Shown here piece by piece: positions 1 through 8,924 of a DNA stretch of 64,000 nt. Within the stretch, counting starts at the first letter, position 1. Every line of letters begins with the position of its first letter. A model generated the notes under the pieces. The model saw only the letters and a list, made by a program, of their open reading frames with translations. It was not told the origin of the DNA and made no database searches. The translations under genes were made by a program, and so were the position numbers. Source of the stretch: a virus; the IMG/VR virus record IMGVR_UViG_3300045988_116984, one strand, 5' to 3'.

Positions 1-47
1 TGAAACAGTTCATGTCTGACTTGTTAAACGAGGGGACAGAAGAATAA
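1..47 (+). CDS. 3' end of a late gene truncated by the window edge
   Basis: Open frame (...KQFMSDLLNEGTEE) enters the window and stops at TAA 45-47, just before the RBS of the next gene. Confidence 0.35.
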   Translation, partial: KQFMSDLLNEGTEE

Positions 48-59
48 GGGGGAAAGTTT

Positions 60-770
60 GTGGCCGGGACATCTTATTTTACTGTATACAAAAGGGCCAT
101 AACAGAGTTCAAAGACCCTACTCTAAAAAATCTTTTAGAAAATGACACTGTTATGTTCAGCCAAGTTATGTATAATTTCTTGGAGAATGCGATTTCTCTT
201 TTCACAAATCCAATTCCGGCGCAAAAACGTGTGAACGACAGGGTTCCTCCTAAATTTTATTCTCAAACCTTTATAGGTGACGGGAGTAATAAGCAATTTG
301 CATTAACTGACGCGCCCGATGCTTCTTTGATTGATGATTGTCTTTTTGAATATACTGTTGACGGCAACAAAGTAAAAGGCGTATATACTGCTGTTGCTGG
401 TGGAGAAGTTGGAAAAGCAATTGTTGGCAAAACTCATACTGAGGGAACGCCAACAGTAACGCTTGACCCTGCTCCATTTGATGGAGCTGAGGTTGTGGTC
501 AATATTTATTATGTTGGCAACTGGAATATCAATCTTTATCCTATGGAAGAATATATTCTCTCCGAGTTTATTATGGCGGCTTGGTCGGAATACATTCAAA
601 ATGATAAGCTTGATATTGTCAGGTTGCTTGGTGATACCGACTTTAAACTTACGTCAGTATCTTCGGCAACAACTTCAAAATCAAGTTGGTATATTGTGAA
701 TAGAGAGACTGTTACTAAGCGTATGACAAAATATGCATGGGATGCGGCTATTCAGAGGTTATACCCATGA
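60..770 (+). CDS. hypothetical virion (head-tail region) protein
   Basis: 236-aa ORF, GTG start after AAGGGGGA RBS; stop overlaps the next start (ATGA). No family recognised. Contains EVGKAIVGK, one copy of the A-(I/V)-V-G motif. Confidence 0.7.
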   Translation: MAGTSYFTVYKRAITEFKDPTLKNLLENDTVMFSQVMYNFLENAISLFTNPIPAQKRVNDRVPPKFYSQTFIGDGSNKQFALTDAPDASLIDDCLFEYTVDGNKVKGVYTAVAGGEVGKAIVGKTHTEGTPTVTLDPAPFDGAEVVVNIYYVGNWNINLYPMEEYILSEFIMAAWSEYIQNDKLDIVRLLGDTDFKLTSVSSATTSKSSWYIVNRETVTKRMTKYAWDAAIQRLYP

Positions 771-1030
771 TAAAAAAATATTATGCTGACCTTGTAAATA
801 GAGTGTTTAATGTATTGTATGTATACGAAAACGACATAGACTCCTTTGAAACCTATGTAAAGTCATTGATATTTGAATTAAGTGGAAATGAGGACTTTTC
901 AGAGATACATCAAATACGATTCAAACTTAATGCCTTGCTTGTAAACAACATTGTTCATTCTGATGTTAGACATGCGGTATTAAAGTCAATCAGTATATTG
1001 GATAGAATATTGAGCAATTGGAAGGAGTGA
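767..1030 (+). CDS. hypothetical small structural-module protein
   Basis: ATG 767 is coupled to the previous stop (ATGA). I trimmed track ORF 737..1030 to this start. Confidence 0.6.
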   Translation: MIKKYYADLVNRVFNVLYVYENDIDSFETYVKSLIFELSGNEDFSEIHQIRFKLNALLVNNIVHSDVRHAVLKSISILDRILSNWKE

Positions 1031-1034
1031 TAAT

Positions 1035-2177
1035 ATGGCTCTTGATTTAAGAGGAATAAAAGCGGCCACATTCAACACTCCAACCAACTATGTCGAAAGC
1101 GTACAATACTACGAACAGAATTTACAAGATAAAATAAATGAGACATATCAATATGCGAGCAATACTTATGAGATAGGGCAAGAGCTTGTTCGTGGGACAT
1201 TAGATTTCACTCCTTTGGTATGTCGTGTTTGCCATGCCATTAACCCTAAAACTGGGTTAAACCTTGGTGACGACTTTAAAGACCTAAAATTCTTCGATGT
1301 CTTTTCTCATAGAACTATGGGTGAAAGATATTGGTTTAATAATTCTGTTTGGATTACTACTAATACAGACAACTATCATTATAACACACAATCTGCTATT
1401 GTCAGAAGATGCAATAACACGTTAAACTTAATTAATAGTAATGGATGTATTATAAGAGAACCATGTATTGTTGGTTATTCAATTAAATACGCCAATATCT
1501 ATTATAACACTTCTGTCGAAATTCCGCAAGGGACGATTGTTGTAACAGCACAAAACAATGATATAACTCAAGGTATAAACATAAACGATAGGTTCATTCT
1601 TGATAATCAAGTGTTTAAGATTAAATCAGTCAAGGACTATCTTCGTAGTAATACTACGATTGGTGAATCTGTGCCGTTAATTGAGTTCGAAATGTATGTT
1701 GACGCTATTTCTCCTGATGATGATTTTGAGCTTTGTATCGCCAATATGTCTAGATATAAAGGTATATATAAGCCTTACGAAGAAGTGAAACCAAGCGATA
1801 AGGCTACAAGCCTTGTTGGTGAGGCCATTGTTGGAACTTCGGTTGTTGGCGAATCAGAAACAAACATCGGTGCGATAGTGATAGAGCCGTATCCAGTGAA
1901 ACTATATCAGGGAGAACAACAGACTTATACATGTTCGGCTTATGGATATGTTGCGTCATGTGGTTGTCGTGATTCTTATGACTACGAAGAACCGATAGAT
2001 GTGGAATTTGTATTTAGTACAAGTGGTGCGAATCCAAACAGATATAAATTTGAAGTAATTGACAGAAACACATTTTCGGTAATGTGTCTTGGAAAGTCAA
2101 CAGTGCCGTTGGTTGTGACGTGTTCAGGCGGTGGAGTTTCTAAACAGGTAACTATTGATTTAAGGGGGCTATACTAA
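1035..2177 (+). CDS. hypothetical virion structural protein (380 aa)
   Basis: Starts after a GGAAGGAG RBS and is tightly packed with its neighbours. Contains LVGEAIVGTSVVGE motif copies. Confidence 0.75.
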   Translation: MALDLRGIKAATFNTPTNYVESVQYYEQNLQDKINETYQYASNTYEIGQELVRGTLDFTPLVCRVCHAINPKTGLNLGDDFKDLKFFDVFSHRTMGERYWFNNSVWITTNTDNYHYNTQSAIVRRCNNTLNLINSNGCIIREPCIVGYSIKYANIYYNTSVEIPQGTIVVTAQNNDITQGININDRFILDNQVFKIKSVKDYLRSNTTIGESVPLIEFEMYVDAISPDDDFELCIANMSRYKGIYKPYEEVKPSDKATSLVGEAIVGTSVVGESETNIGAIVIEPYPVKLYQGEQQTYTCSAYGYVASCGCRDSYDYEEPIDVEFVFSTSGANPNRYKFEVIDRNTFSVMCLGKSTVPLVVTCSGGGVSKQVTIDLRGLY

Positions 2178-2178
2178 T

Positions 2179-2757
2179 ATGGTTTACGACTTAGATAGGA
2201 TAGCCTATAATAAATTTACTGGTTTTTCCGACTTGTGTTATAACATTCTAGGCTATCTTATGACACAGAACGAGAACATATGGAAACTTTTGAAATATGA
2301 TACGCCAGATGCTCTGTCTAAGCCTAATCTCACGTTAGAAGAAAAGCGTAAGATGATTTATGACGGTGTTGGTGATTCAGAACATTATAATGTGTATAGA
2401 TGCCCGTTCGTTGATGATGCTTTCACAGAGCAAACAAGCCAACTTAGAATATATTCATATACTATCAATCCTAACAACAGGAGTATGTCCACAATTGATA
2501 TTAATATTGATTGTATAACGCATACAAAGCTTGTTAATATAGATGGGTGTAAGAGTAGAGTTGAAGTGATGGTTGAAGAAGTCTTAAAGACGTTAAACGG
2601 CCAAGAAATCAATGGCGTTGGGAAGTTGTTCTTCGACGCTAGAGAAAGCATGTACAATGCGGCTCGTTCAAGCATATTCAACAACAGATATTTCTGGGGT
2701 TATCAAATCACAATGTCTGTGAAATACGGAGAATTGGAACCTTTTACACATGGTTGA
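2179..2757 (+). CDS. hypothetical structural-module protein (192 aa)
   Basis: Start lies 1 nt after the previous stop; co-oriented late operon. Confidence 0.7.
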   Translation: MVYDLDRIAYNKFTGFSDLCYNILGYLMTQNENIWKLLKYDTPDALSKPNLTLEEKRKMIYDGVGDSEHYNVYRCPFVDDAFTEQTSQLRIYSYTINPNNRSMSTIDINIDCITHTKLVNIDGCKSRVEVMVEEVLKTLNGQEINGVGKLFFDARESMYNAARSSIFNNRYFWGYQITMSVKYGELEPFTHG

Positions 2758-3526
2758 CGATATTTTAATACCATATAGACAGGCAGTCATTAATGACGAA
2801 CCTGTTGAACTGTTCGATGGATTGGTGCTTCATCCAGTCAAGATGCGAGACTATATCACATTTAATGTTTGTTCGTCAATTTTGAAAATAAACAAAAACT
2901 CAACAAACGACCCAAAAGTTATTTCTATGTCATATTTAGACTATATCATATATCTCATGCAAATGGAAGAACGAGAAAAAGAGCCGGGGAAGCCAAATAT
3001 AAATGAAATGTTCTTAGAATGTTTAATTCTATTGGTTACAAACAAAGACGGTGCGGAGATAAGATATGGAGTAGATGGAAAGAAAAAGAGTTTCATTGAG
3101 ATTGATGGGGTAGTATTACATAAAAAAGAATTTGACAAGTTTAGAAAATTTATACTTGTTCAAAACATCCCTGACTACAAAGAGGAATATATCAACCCAG
3201 AGTTGGAAGCCGATTTAAAGAAGGCGGATGAAATCAGGAATAAAGGGAAAACCCCATGTGACATAGAAAAACAAATGATGGCAGTAGTGATTGGAAGTTC
3301 TTTGACGTTGGAAGAAGTTAAAGAAATGACAATCAGAAAGTTCTTTATTGCCCTTGAAATGATTGATAAAAAACTTCATTACACCATTCTTAAACAGGCA
3401 AGTCTATCAGGATTTGTTGAGTTTAAACAAGAAATAACTCACTATTTGGTTGAGGATAATAGAAGCATTGGCGACAGTGTTGTTGACTATTCTCAGTTCC
3501 AAAATAAAATAAATAGTGTAAATTAA
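2750..3526 (+). CDS. hypothetical structural-module protein (258 aa)
   Basis: Start overlaps the previous ORF by 8 nt; long uninterrupted ORF. Confidence 0.7.
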   Translation: MVDDILIPYRQAVINDEPVELFDGLVLHPVKMRDYITFNVCSSILKINKNSTNDPKVISMSYLDYIIYLMQMEEREKEPGKPNINEMFLECLILLVTNKDGAEIRYGVDGKKKSFIEIDGVVLHKKEFDKFRKFILVQNIPDYKEEYINPELEADLKKADEIRNKGKTPCDIEKQMMAVVIGSSLTLEEVKEMTIRKFFIALEMIDKKLHYTILKQASLSGFVEFKQEITHYLVEDNRSIGDSVVDYSQFQNKINSVN

Positions 3527-3543
3527 ATAAGGAGGAAACTTAT

Positions 3544-4602
3544 ATGTCAAGACAATTTTTGGCTGGTGCTGCTACTGTTGACATGCTTGTAGGCGACCAG
3601 CTTATTGCTACGGCTACTACATTGCTTGATTCTTCTATCACTGTTGGTTCTACGGCTGAGGAAGTCCGTGGTGGCCCCGGTGCTAAGTTGCTCGGTAAGT
3701 ATTATCATACAAGCACGTTTGACGTCAACTTGACAGACGTTCTGTTTAAGCTTGAGTATTTCGCGTTCCAGACCGGCTCTGCTATTCAGCAGATTGCTGA
3801 TGTGTTTACTTCAGAGCAAGTTACGCTTGGCGCTGGTGGCTCTGGCACTATCACTGGTACCCCTGCTGTGTATCAGTCTTACGGTACGATTGGTTGGGCG
3901 GCCAAACCGGGTTCTGACGCTTATCAGAAGATTACTTTTACAGAAAAAGCGTTTACAGTTGCTGGTGCCAAAGAGGGAGATATCTACTGTGTGAAGTATA
4001 TCAGCACAGATAATGCTGCTCGTCAGATTACAATTTCTTCTTCGTTCATTCCGAGCGAGGTTACTCTGGTTATGACTGCCAACCTGTATCGTGCTGGCGG
4101 ACGCGGAGAAAATGACGTGAACAATTCTTCTAAGATTGGTATTGTTCAGGTTCTCGTTCCTCGATTCCAGTTTAATGGTTCTATGGAGCTGTCTATGACT
4201 TCTACGGGCGTTGCTAACTCCCCGATTGCTGGTTCTGCTTTGGATAATCCGTCTGCAGACTGCTCTGACGGTGGTTACTACGCTATTATCACGGAGCAAC
4301 TCTCAGGTAGTTCTTGGTATGATAACGTGTTCGCGCTTGCTATTGAGGATAGTGATATTGAGCTTGCAACTACGACTGGTACGGCTACCCTTAGTGTTTA
4401 TGCTTTGCCCCTTAATGGCGCTGCTTTCAAGCCGCCCTACGAGGATTTGACGTTCACTTCCGCCGCTAACGGTACGGCTACTGTTACGCAGGAAGGTGTT
4501 GTAACTGGCGTTGCCCAGGGTAGCACGACCGTTACTGTCTCTATTAAGAATAAGGCGGGCGTAGAGGCTATTGCTAATATCACCGTTCCTGCTGCTGGTT
4601 AA
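3544..4602 (+). CDS. candidate major tail (tube) protein with C-terminal Ig-like domain
   Basis: AAGGAGG RBS. The last ~80 aa (ATLSVYALP...TVTVSIKNKAGVEAIANITV) resemble a Big_2-type Ig domain, as on lambda gpV-type tube proteins. Lies upstream of the tape measure. Confidence 0.5.
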   Translation: MSRQFLAGAATVDMLVGDQLIATATTLLDSSITVGSTAEEVRGGPGAKLLGKYYHTSTFDVNLTDVLFKLEYFAFQTGSAIQQIADVFTSEQVTLGAGGSGTITGTPAVYQSYGTIGWAAKPGSDAYQKITFTEKAFTVAGAKEGDIYCVKYISTDNAARQITISSSFIPSEVTLVMTANLYRAGGRGENDVNNSSKIGIVQVLVPRFQFNGSMELSMTSTGVANSPIAGSALDNPSADCSDGGYYAIITEQLSGSSWYDNVFALAIEDSDIELATTTGTATLSVYALPLNGAAFKPPYEDLTFTSAANGTATVTQEGVVTGVAQGSTTVTVSIKNKAGVEAIANITVPAAG

Positions 4603-4626
4603 TTGATAGTTAGGAGCTGAATAATA

Positions 4627-5031
4627 ATGGCATATACACCTACTGTTTGGGCTAATGGTGATGTTATCACCGCAGATAAGCTCAATAAATTAGAAAACGG
4701 TGTAGCCAATGAACAGGTGGGGCCAGCAGGCCCCGCTGGTTCGGCTGCCACCGTTACTGTTGGTAGCGTTACGACTGGTGAAGCTGGTACGGAAGCAACT
4801 GTGACAAATTCTGGTACTGAAAGTGCCGCTATTCTCGATTTTGTTATCCCTAAAGGAGCAGCTGGTACAAACGGTACTGACGGCGCTCCTGGTGCTGCGG
4901 GGGCGGCTGGCGCTTCCATTAAAGCGATTGAACTGTATACTAACGAGGCCGGTGGAGTAACTGGCGGTAAGGCAACGCTTACTGATAATAGTGAAATCAC
5001 TATTACTGTAACTACCGCTCCCGCTGGCTAA
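4627..5031 (+). CDS. collagen-like / fibre-like small protein
   Basis: N-terminal YTPTVWANGDVITADKLNKLENGV is a fibre-type motif. Short G-X-Y runs follow (GPAGPAGSA, GAAGTNGTDGAPGAAGAAGA). Confidence 0.6.
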   Translation: MAYTPTVWANGDVITADKLNKLENGVANEQVGPAGPAGSAATVTVGSVTTGEAGTEATVTNSGTESAAILDFVIPKGAAGTNGTDGAPGAAGAAGASIKAIELYTNEAGGVTGGKATLTDNSEITITVTTAPAG

Positions 5032-5039
5032 TTCGAGTT

Positions 5040-5071
5040 AAGGGACTACCATACGGTAGTCCCTTATTTTT
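5040..5071 (+). terminator. rho-independent terminator
   Basis: AAGGGACTACC-ATAC-GGTAGTCCCTT stem-loop followed by ATTTTT. Confidence 0.7.
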
Positions 5072-5087
5072 ACGTTGGAGTGATAGC

Positions 5088-5291
5088 ATGTGCCCGTATT
5101 CTGTGGATAAATCTGATATATTACACAAAAATTTAGTTTGTACAATTGACAATAAAACATGTGGGCTATGGAGATATTGCCCAACCCTAAAGAAGCCAAT
5201 TATGAGCGACACATATAACAAATATGGTTGTCGCACAAAAAATGAATTTGAAAACAGTCAGAAAGATGGTGATAAAGATGGACAAAGATAA
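5088..5291 (+). CDS. small Cys-rich hypothetical protein
   Basis: 67-aa ORF with 5 Cys. Overlaps the next ORF, so whether it is real is uncertain. Confidence 0.4.
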   Translation: MCPYSVDKSDILHKNLVCTIDNKTCGLWRYCPTLKKPIMSDTYNKYGCRTKNEFENSQKDGDKDGQR

Positions 5292-5526
5292 TGTTGTTTT
5301 GGAGGACGTTAAGGCTTTACCCAAACCTAAGAAAGCGGCTCCAAAAACGAAAAAGATTATTGCTACCGTAAACTATTCTAAACCCTCCAAAAACTTAACT
5401 TCTGTGTCGTATGAAAAAGATGGCACTATCTGTTCTGTTTTTATAAAAGGTATTTATACGGATAAAGTAGAAATTGAATATACAGGCGACTCTTTTAACA
5501 AAGATAAGATTGTAAGTGTAAAATAA
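5224..5526 (+). CDS. hypothetical protein, Lys/Pro-rich N-terminus
   Basis: Track ORF; the real start may be ATG 5266 or 5278 (MDKDNVV...). Confidence 0.5.
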   Translation: MVVAQKMNLKTVRKMVIKMDKDNVVLEDVKALPKPKKAAPKTKKIIATVNYSKPSKNLTSVSYEKDGTICSVFIKGIYTDKVEIEYTGDSFNKDKIVSVK

Positions 5527-5538
5527 GGAGGGACTTAT

Positions 5539-5844
5539 ATGTTTATTACAGTAGCTGGGACTCCTGCTGGATATGGATATTTTGAAATTACAGCAACTCC
5601 GAACGAAAATATTATTCCAGCCATGGTAGCCGAGATAAAAGCAAACGACATTAACAAGGAGCTTAGGGCCAATATTTCTGTTGGAACAATGGCTATTCAA
5701 GTTAAAGCGCCATGTAAAGTAAGTATAAATGGCAGAAATCCTGTTCTTGTTGAACCTGACATTGGACTTACATTTGATGCCAGAGGGGTATTTTCAGTTG
5801 TTTTTGACACAGCAGTAGCCTATAATATTACAATCTCATATTAA
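5539..5844 (+). CDS. hypothetical protein (101 aa)
   Basis: AAGGAGGG RBS 7 nt upstream of the ATG. Confidence 0.6.
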   Translation: MFITVAGTPAGYGYFEITATPNENIIPAMVAEIKANDINKELRANISVGTMAIQVKAPCKVSINGRNPVLVEPDIGLTFDARGVFSVVFDTAVAYNITISY

Positions 5845-5856
5845 TGGGGTGATTTA

Positions 5857-6123
5857 ATGTTGCCTCAATATGGTTTTAGGGTTGTTTACTATAATATAAT
5901 CCGTGGGTTTAACAATATCAACGTTGGTGAATCTGGTGGCGGTGGAGACTACAATAAAGATGCTACGGTAGGTAAAGCTATTGTTGGTCAAGCCGTTGTT
6001 GGTTATGAATATTCTACGTATGGTGCATCTTTAATCGGAGAAGCCAAAGTAGATGAAGCAATTGTTGGCTATGTACCATCTAGCATTAATGTTGCTGTCG
6101 TTGGAACTTCAGAAGCAGTTTAA
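5857..6123 (+). CDS. hypothetical protein made largely of A-(I/V)-V-G repeats
   Basis: TVGKAIVGQAVVGY...LIGEAKVDEAIVGY...NVAVVGTSEAV; RBS GGGGTGA. Confidence 0.6.
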   Translation: MLPQYGFRVVYYNIIRGFNNINVGESGGGGDYNKDATVGKAIVGQAVVGYEYSTYGASLIGEAKVDEAIVGYVPSSINVAVVGTSEAV

Positions 6124-6164
6124 CACTGATTCAATTTAAGTGATAAAATAAGGGGGTGGTTCCA

Positions 6165-6611
6165 ATGGCAGAAATATTAAAGCTTGCCTCAAGTATAGCT
6201 AGTGAAATTACCACTATTATTGCTTTGTTGGCAATAATACTTCCCAAATCCAGAAATGCTATTGTAAAATGGCTCAAAAAAGCTTTAGAAATTGATAGAG
6301 TAAATAAAACACTAGATGAGCAAAGCAAAAAAAATGAAGAAAGAGAAAAACTCATAGGGGATTTAAAAAACACATTAGACAACCACGTTAAAAGATATAA
6401 AGAATATACGGATAGAGCGCAAGAAAGAGACATATTTATGCTTAGAAGTGAAATAGACAACATATATCACAAATATATGCCGCTTGGATATATTACTTCG
6501 ACAGCCAAAAGTGATGTCGTTAAAGCATGGGAACTATATGTCGCTATGGGCGGAAATAGCTACGCAAAGTCAGAGGTTACTGACCTTATGGCATTGCCAG
6601 TAAGATTTTAA
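6165..6611 (+). CDS. membrane-anchored coiled-coil protein
   Basis: ATG 6165 after AAGGGGGTGG. Hydrophobic N-terminal segment (ASSIASEITTIIALLAIIL) followed by a charged coiled-coil region. Confidence 0.6.
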   Translation: MAEILKLASSIASEITTIIALLAIILPKSRNAIVKWLKKALEIDRVNKTLDEQSKKNEEREKLIGDLKNTLDNHVKRYKEYTDRAQERDIFMLRSEIDNIYHKYMPLGYITSTAKSDVVKAWELYVAMGGNSYAKSEVTDLMALPVRF

Positions 6612-6618
6612 TGGGTTT

Positions 6619-6650
6619 AAGGGACGCACAAACTGTGCGTCCCTTATTTT
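6619..6650 (+). terminator. rho-independent terminator
   Basis: AAGGGACGCAC-AAACT-GTGCGTCCCTT then ATTTT. The arms are nearly identical to those of the terminator at 5040. Confidence 0.7.
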
Positions 6651-6680
6651 ACCGGAATAAAAGGAAAAGGTGGTGAGCAT

Positions 6681-7727
6681 ATGGCTAGAAAGACATTTAA
6701 AAAGATTATTACAAGTGAGGAATTAATTTCTCAAATAAATCCAGAGAACAAAAAAATAGCCGATAGGTTCTTAAAAAACTTTGCTACAAAACGCTCAGAA
6801 ACATCAGTTAAGGTGTATAAGTCCAATTTCAACATATTCTTTTGTTGGAATCTCCAATATAATGATAATAAATTCTTCACAGATATTAGAAAGTCTGAAA
6901 TGATGGATTTCTTTGACTATGGCTCGTCTGAATTACAGTGGAGTCCAAACAGATATGCTAATGTTTGGAGTTCTTTGAACAGTCTTAGTACGTTTATAGA
7001 GAATGTACTTGACGATGATTACCCTGATTTCAGAAATCAAGTGAGAAAAATAGAGAAGCAGCCAAAGGCTACTGTTAGAAAGAAAACAGTTCTTACCGAT
7101 GTACAAGTCCACAATTTACTCAATCATCTTTCAGAGACAAACACACAGCAAGCCTGTTTATTAGCGCTTGCGTGCTATTCGGGTGCTAGGATTAGTGAAT
7201 TGTTCCGTTTCACGACGGACTTGATTGATTTAAATAATTTAGCATATGAAGATTTGTTCCTTGAAACAACTGATGAGATTAAGACAAAGGGTAGAGGACG
7301 ACTCGGTAAGGTATTATATAAATACATATTAAAAGCGCCATTTGAGCCTTATTATGTTAAATGGATAGAAGAACGCGAAGCTATTATGAAAGAGCTTGGT
7401 GTGTCACATGATTATCTATTTATCAGAAAAGACGGACAACCAGCTACTCCAGACACGGCGCGCGTATGGATAAAGCAATGGGAGAAGTATCTTACGGACG
7501 AAGAACCGAGTAATAAGCGTCACGACCCTGTTGATTTATACGCCCATGCTTTCAGGCATTATCTGTGTACATATTTAGCTAAGATAGGGCTGGAACAAGA
7601 ACTTGTTGTCGAAATCTTTGGTTGGAGTTCATTTGATATGTTTAATATCTATAATGATATGACGGCCAAAGATAAAAAGTGGAAGGGGCTTGAGAAGCTC
7701 AAAAAAGCCATTGAAAAACAAGGGTGA
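6681..7727 (+). CDS. tyrosine site-specific recombinase (XerC/D / phage integrase family)
   Basis: Catalytic signature is visible: ARISEL (R), KTKGRG (K), HAFRHY (HxxR), GWSS, NIYND (Y); 348 aa. Confidence 0.85.
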   Translation: MARKTFKKIITSEELISQINPENKKIADRFLKNFATKRSETSVKVYKSNFNIFFCWNLQYNDNKFFTDIRKSEMMDFFDYGSSELQWSPNRYANVWSSLNSLSTFIENVLDDDYPDFRNQVRKIEKQPKATVRKKTVLTDVQVHNLLNHLSETNTQQACLLALACYSGARISELFRFTTDLIDLNNLAYEDLFLETTDEIKTKGRGRLGKVLYKYILKAPFEPYYVKWIEEREAIMKELGVSHDYLFIRKDGQPATPDTARVWIKQWEKYLTDEEPSNKRHDPVDLYAHAFRHYLCTYLAKIGLEQELVVEIFGWSSFDMFNIYNDMTAKDKKWKGLEKLKKAIEKQG

Positions 7728-7731
7728 TTTT

Positions 7732-8322
7732 ATGGATAAAAATATCAAGATAAAAGAAATTATTGCTGATGTAAAAGCTGGTAATAATTTTGCTGATAAA
7801 GTAAAGATTAGGAGATACATTCCAATACTTGAAAAGGGAGATATTGCTAGAAATTATCTTTTCAAAGTAAATTCTATGAATTTAGATTTAATGGACCCGG
7901 TTACCAAAGTGACCGAAACTGAGATGCTTTGGCGTTTCAACGTTTTGCTTGAGTTCACAAATATAAAAGTAGATGATGATGATATTACCTTTGAGAACTA
8001 CGATGTTTTATCAAGTTCTGGTATTTTCGACCATATAAAAGAAGAATGTGGACTTGACTTTACGAAAATGGAAAAGTTCATAATGGAGACAATGATGTTT
8101 AGCAGAAACGACTTTATGTCAGATATGCTAAAATCAGCCAATGGCGATAATCTCAAAGAGTCTTTGAAAGAGTTTAAGGAAATTCTGGGCGACAAAGAGC
8201 TTGTCAATAAAATGTCCGAAATCATTGCTTTCAACGACCCAATAGCAAAAGCGGAAATTGAAAAAGCAAAAGCTGTGGTGGCAAAAGAGAAACTGAAAGC
8301 GGATATTGAGACAAAGAAATAA
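7732..8322 (+). CDS. hypothetical protein at the tail-assembly-chaperone position
   Basis: ATG 7732 after AAGGGTGA; acidic, helical; lies upstream of the tape measure. No slippery-site frameshift partner seen. Confidence 0.55.
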   Translation: MDKNIKIKEIIADVKAGNNFADKVKIRRYIPILEKGDIARNYLFKVNSMNLDLMDPVTKVTETEMLWRFNVLLEFTNIKVDDDDITFENYDVLSSSGIFDHIKEECGLDFTKMEKFIMETMMFSRNDFMSDMLKSANGDNLKESLKEFKEILGDKELVNKMSEIIAFNDPIAKAEIEKAKAVVAKEKLKADIETKK

Positions 8323-8343
8323 TGTGAGAAAAGGGGTGTTCTT

Positions 8344-8910
8344 TTGTGTGCTAAATATGCTTCTCGTGGCGGTAAAACGTTTATAGACGACGAAGATAAA
8401 CTGATTGATTATCTCGTTAAAGGGGCTAAAGGTTTTACGACGGCCATTGCTAGAGATACAGCTAAAAGGCTGAAAAAGAACACGGCTGAATTGGTTTATA
8501 AAGATTATAAACCTAAAATGTATAATAGAACAATGGAAATGCTAAACTCCATTGTAGGCCCCGGTTTTAATGGAGGCACTCCAACTAGAAAGACAATAGA
8601 CGGGTTTGAAGCCGAAGTTGGATTTGACTTGGATAGAATTACCCCATATCCGCCAACAAAAACGGAATGGGGTAAACATTCTACTTGGGACGGAGAGCCA
8701 TATATTGGAGAACTGATAGAGGGTTTTGAAGAACGAGGGTTCACGTTGTATGGCGGTAAAAATCTTAGTCATATTATATATGAGCGTGAACCTGTTCATA
8801 TGATTGAAACAACAATAGAGGAAGTAGAATCAGCATTAAACGGGATAGATAGAGAAGTCCCAGATTTTGATATGCTTGAAAATATAATATCTGTAAAACT
8901 AGACAGATAA
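8344..8910 (+). CDS. hypothetical tail-module protein
   Basis: TTG start after AAAGGGG; 188 aa; immediately precedes the tape measure. Confidence 0.55.
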   Translation: MCAKYASRGGKTFIDDEDKLIDYLVKGAKGFTTAIARDTAKRLKKNTAELVYKDYKPKMYNRTMEMLNSIVGPGFNGGTPTRKTIDGFEAEVGFDLDRITPYPPTKTEWGKHSTWDGEPYIGELIEGFEERGFTLYGGKNLSHIIYEREPVHMIETTIEEVESALNGIDREVPDFDMLENIISVKLDR

Positions 8911-8924
8911 AGGGGTGAGAGATA

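Noticed and set aside
7732-8910. Canonical -1 frameshifted tail assembly chaperone pair (G/GT) upstream of the tape measure
   Set aside because: The two ORFs do not overlap (21-nt gap), and I found no slippery heptamer or extended alternative frame.
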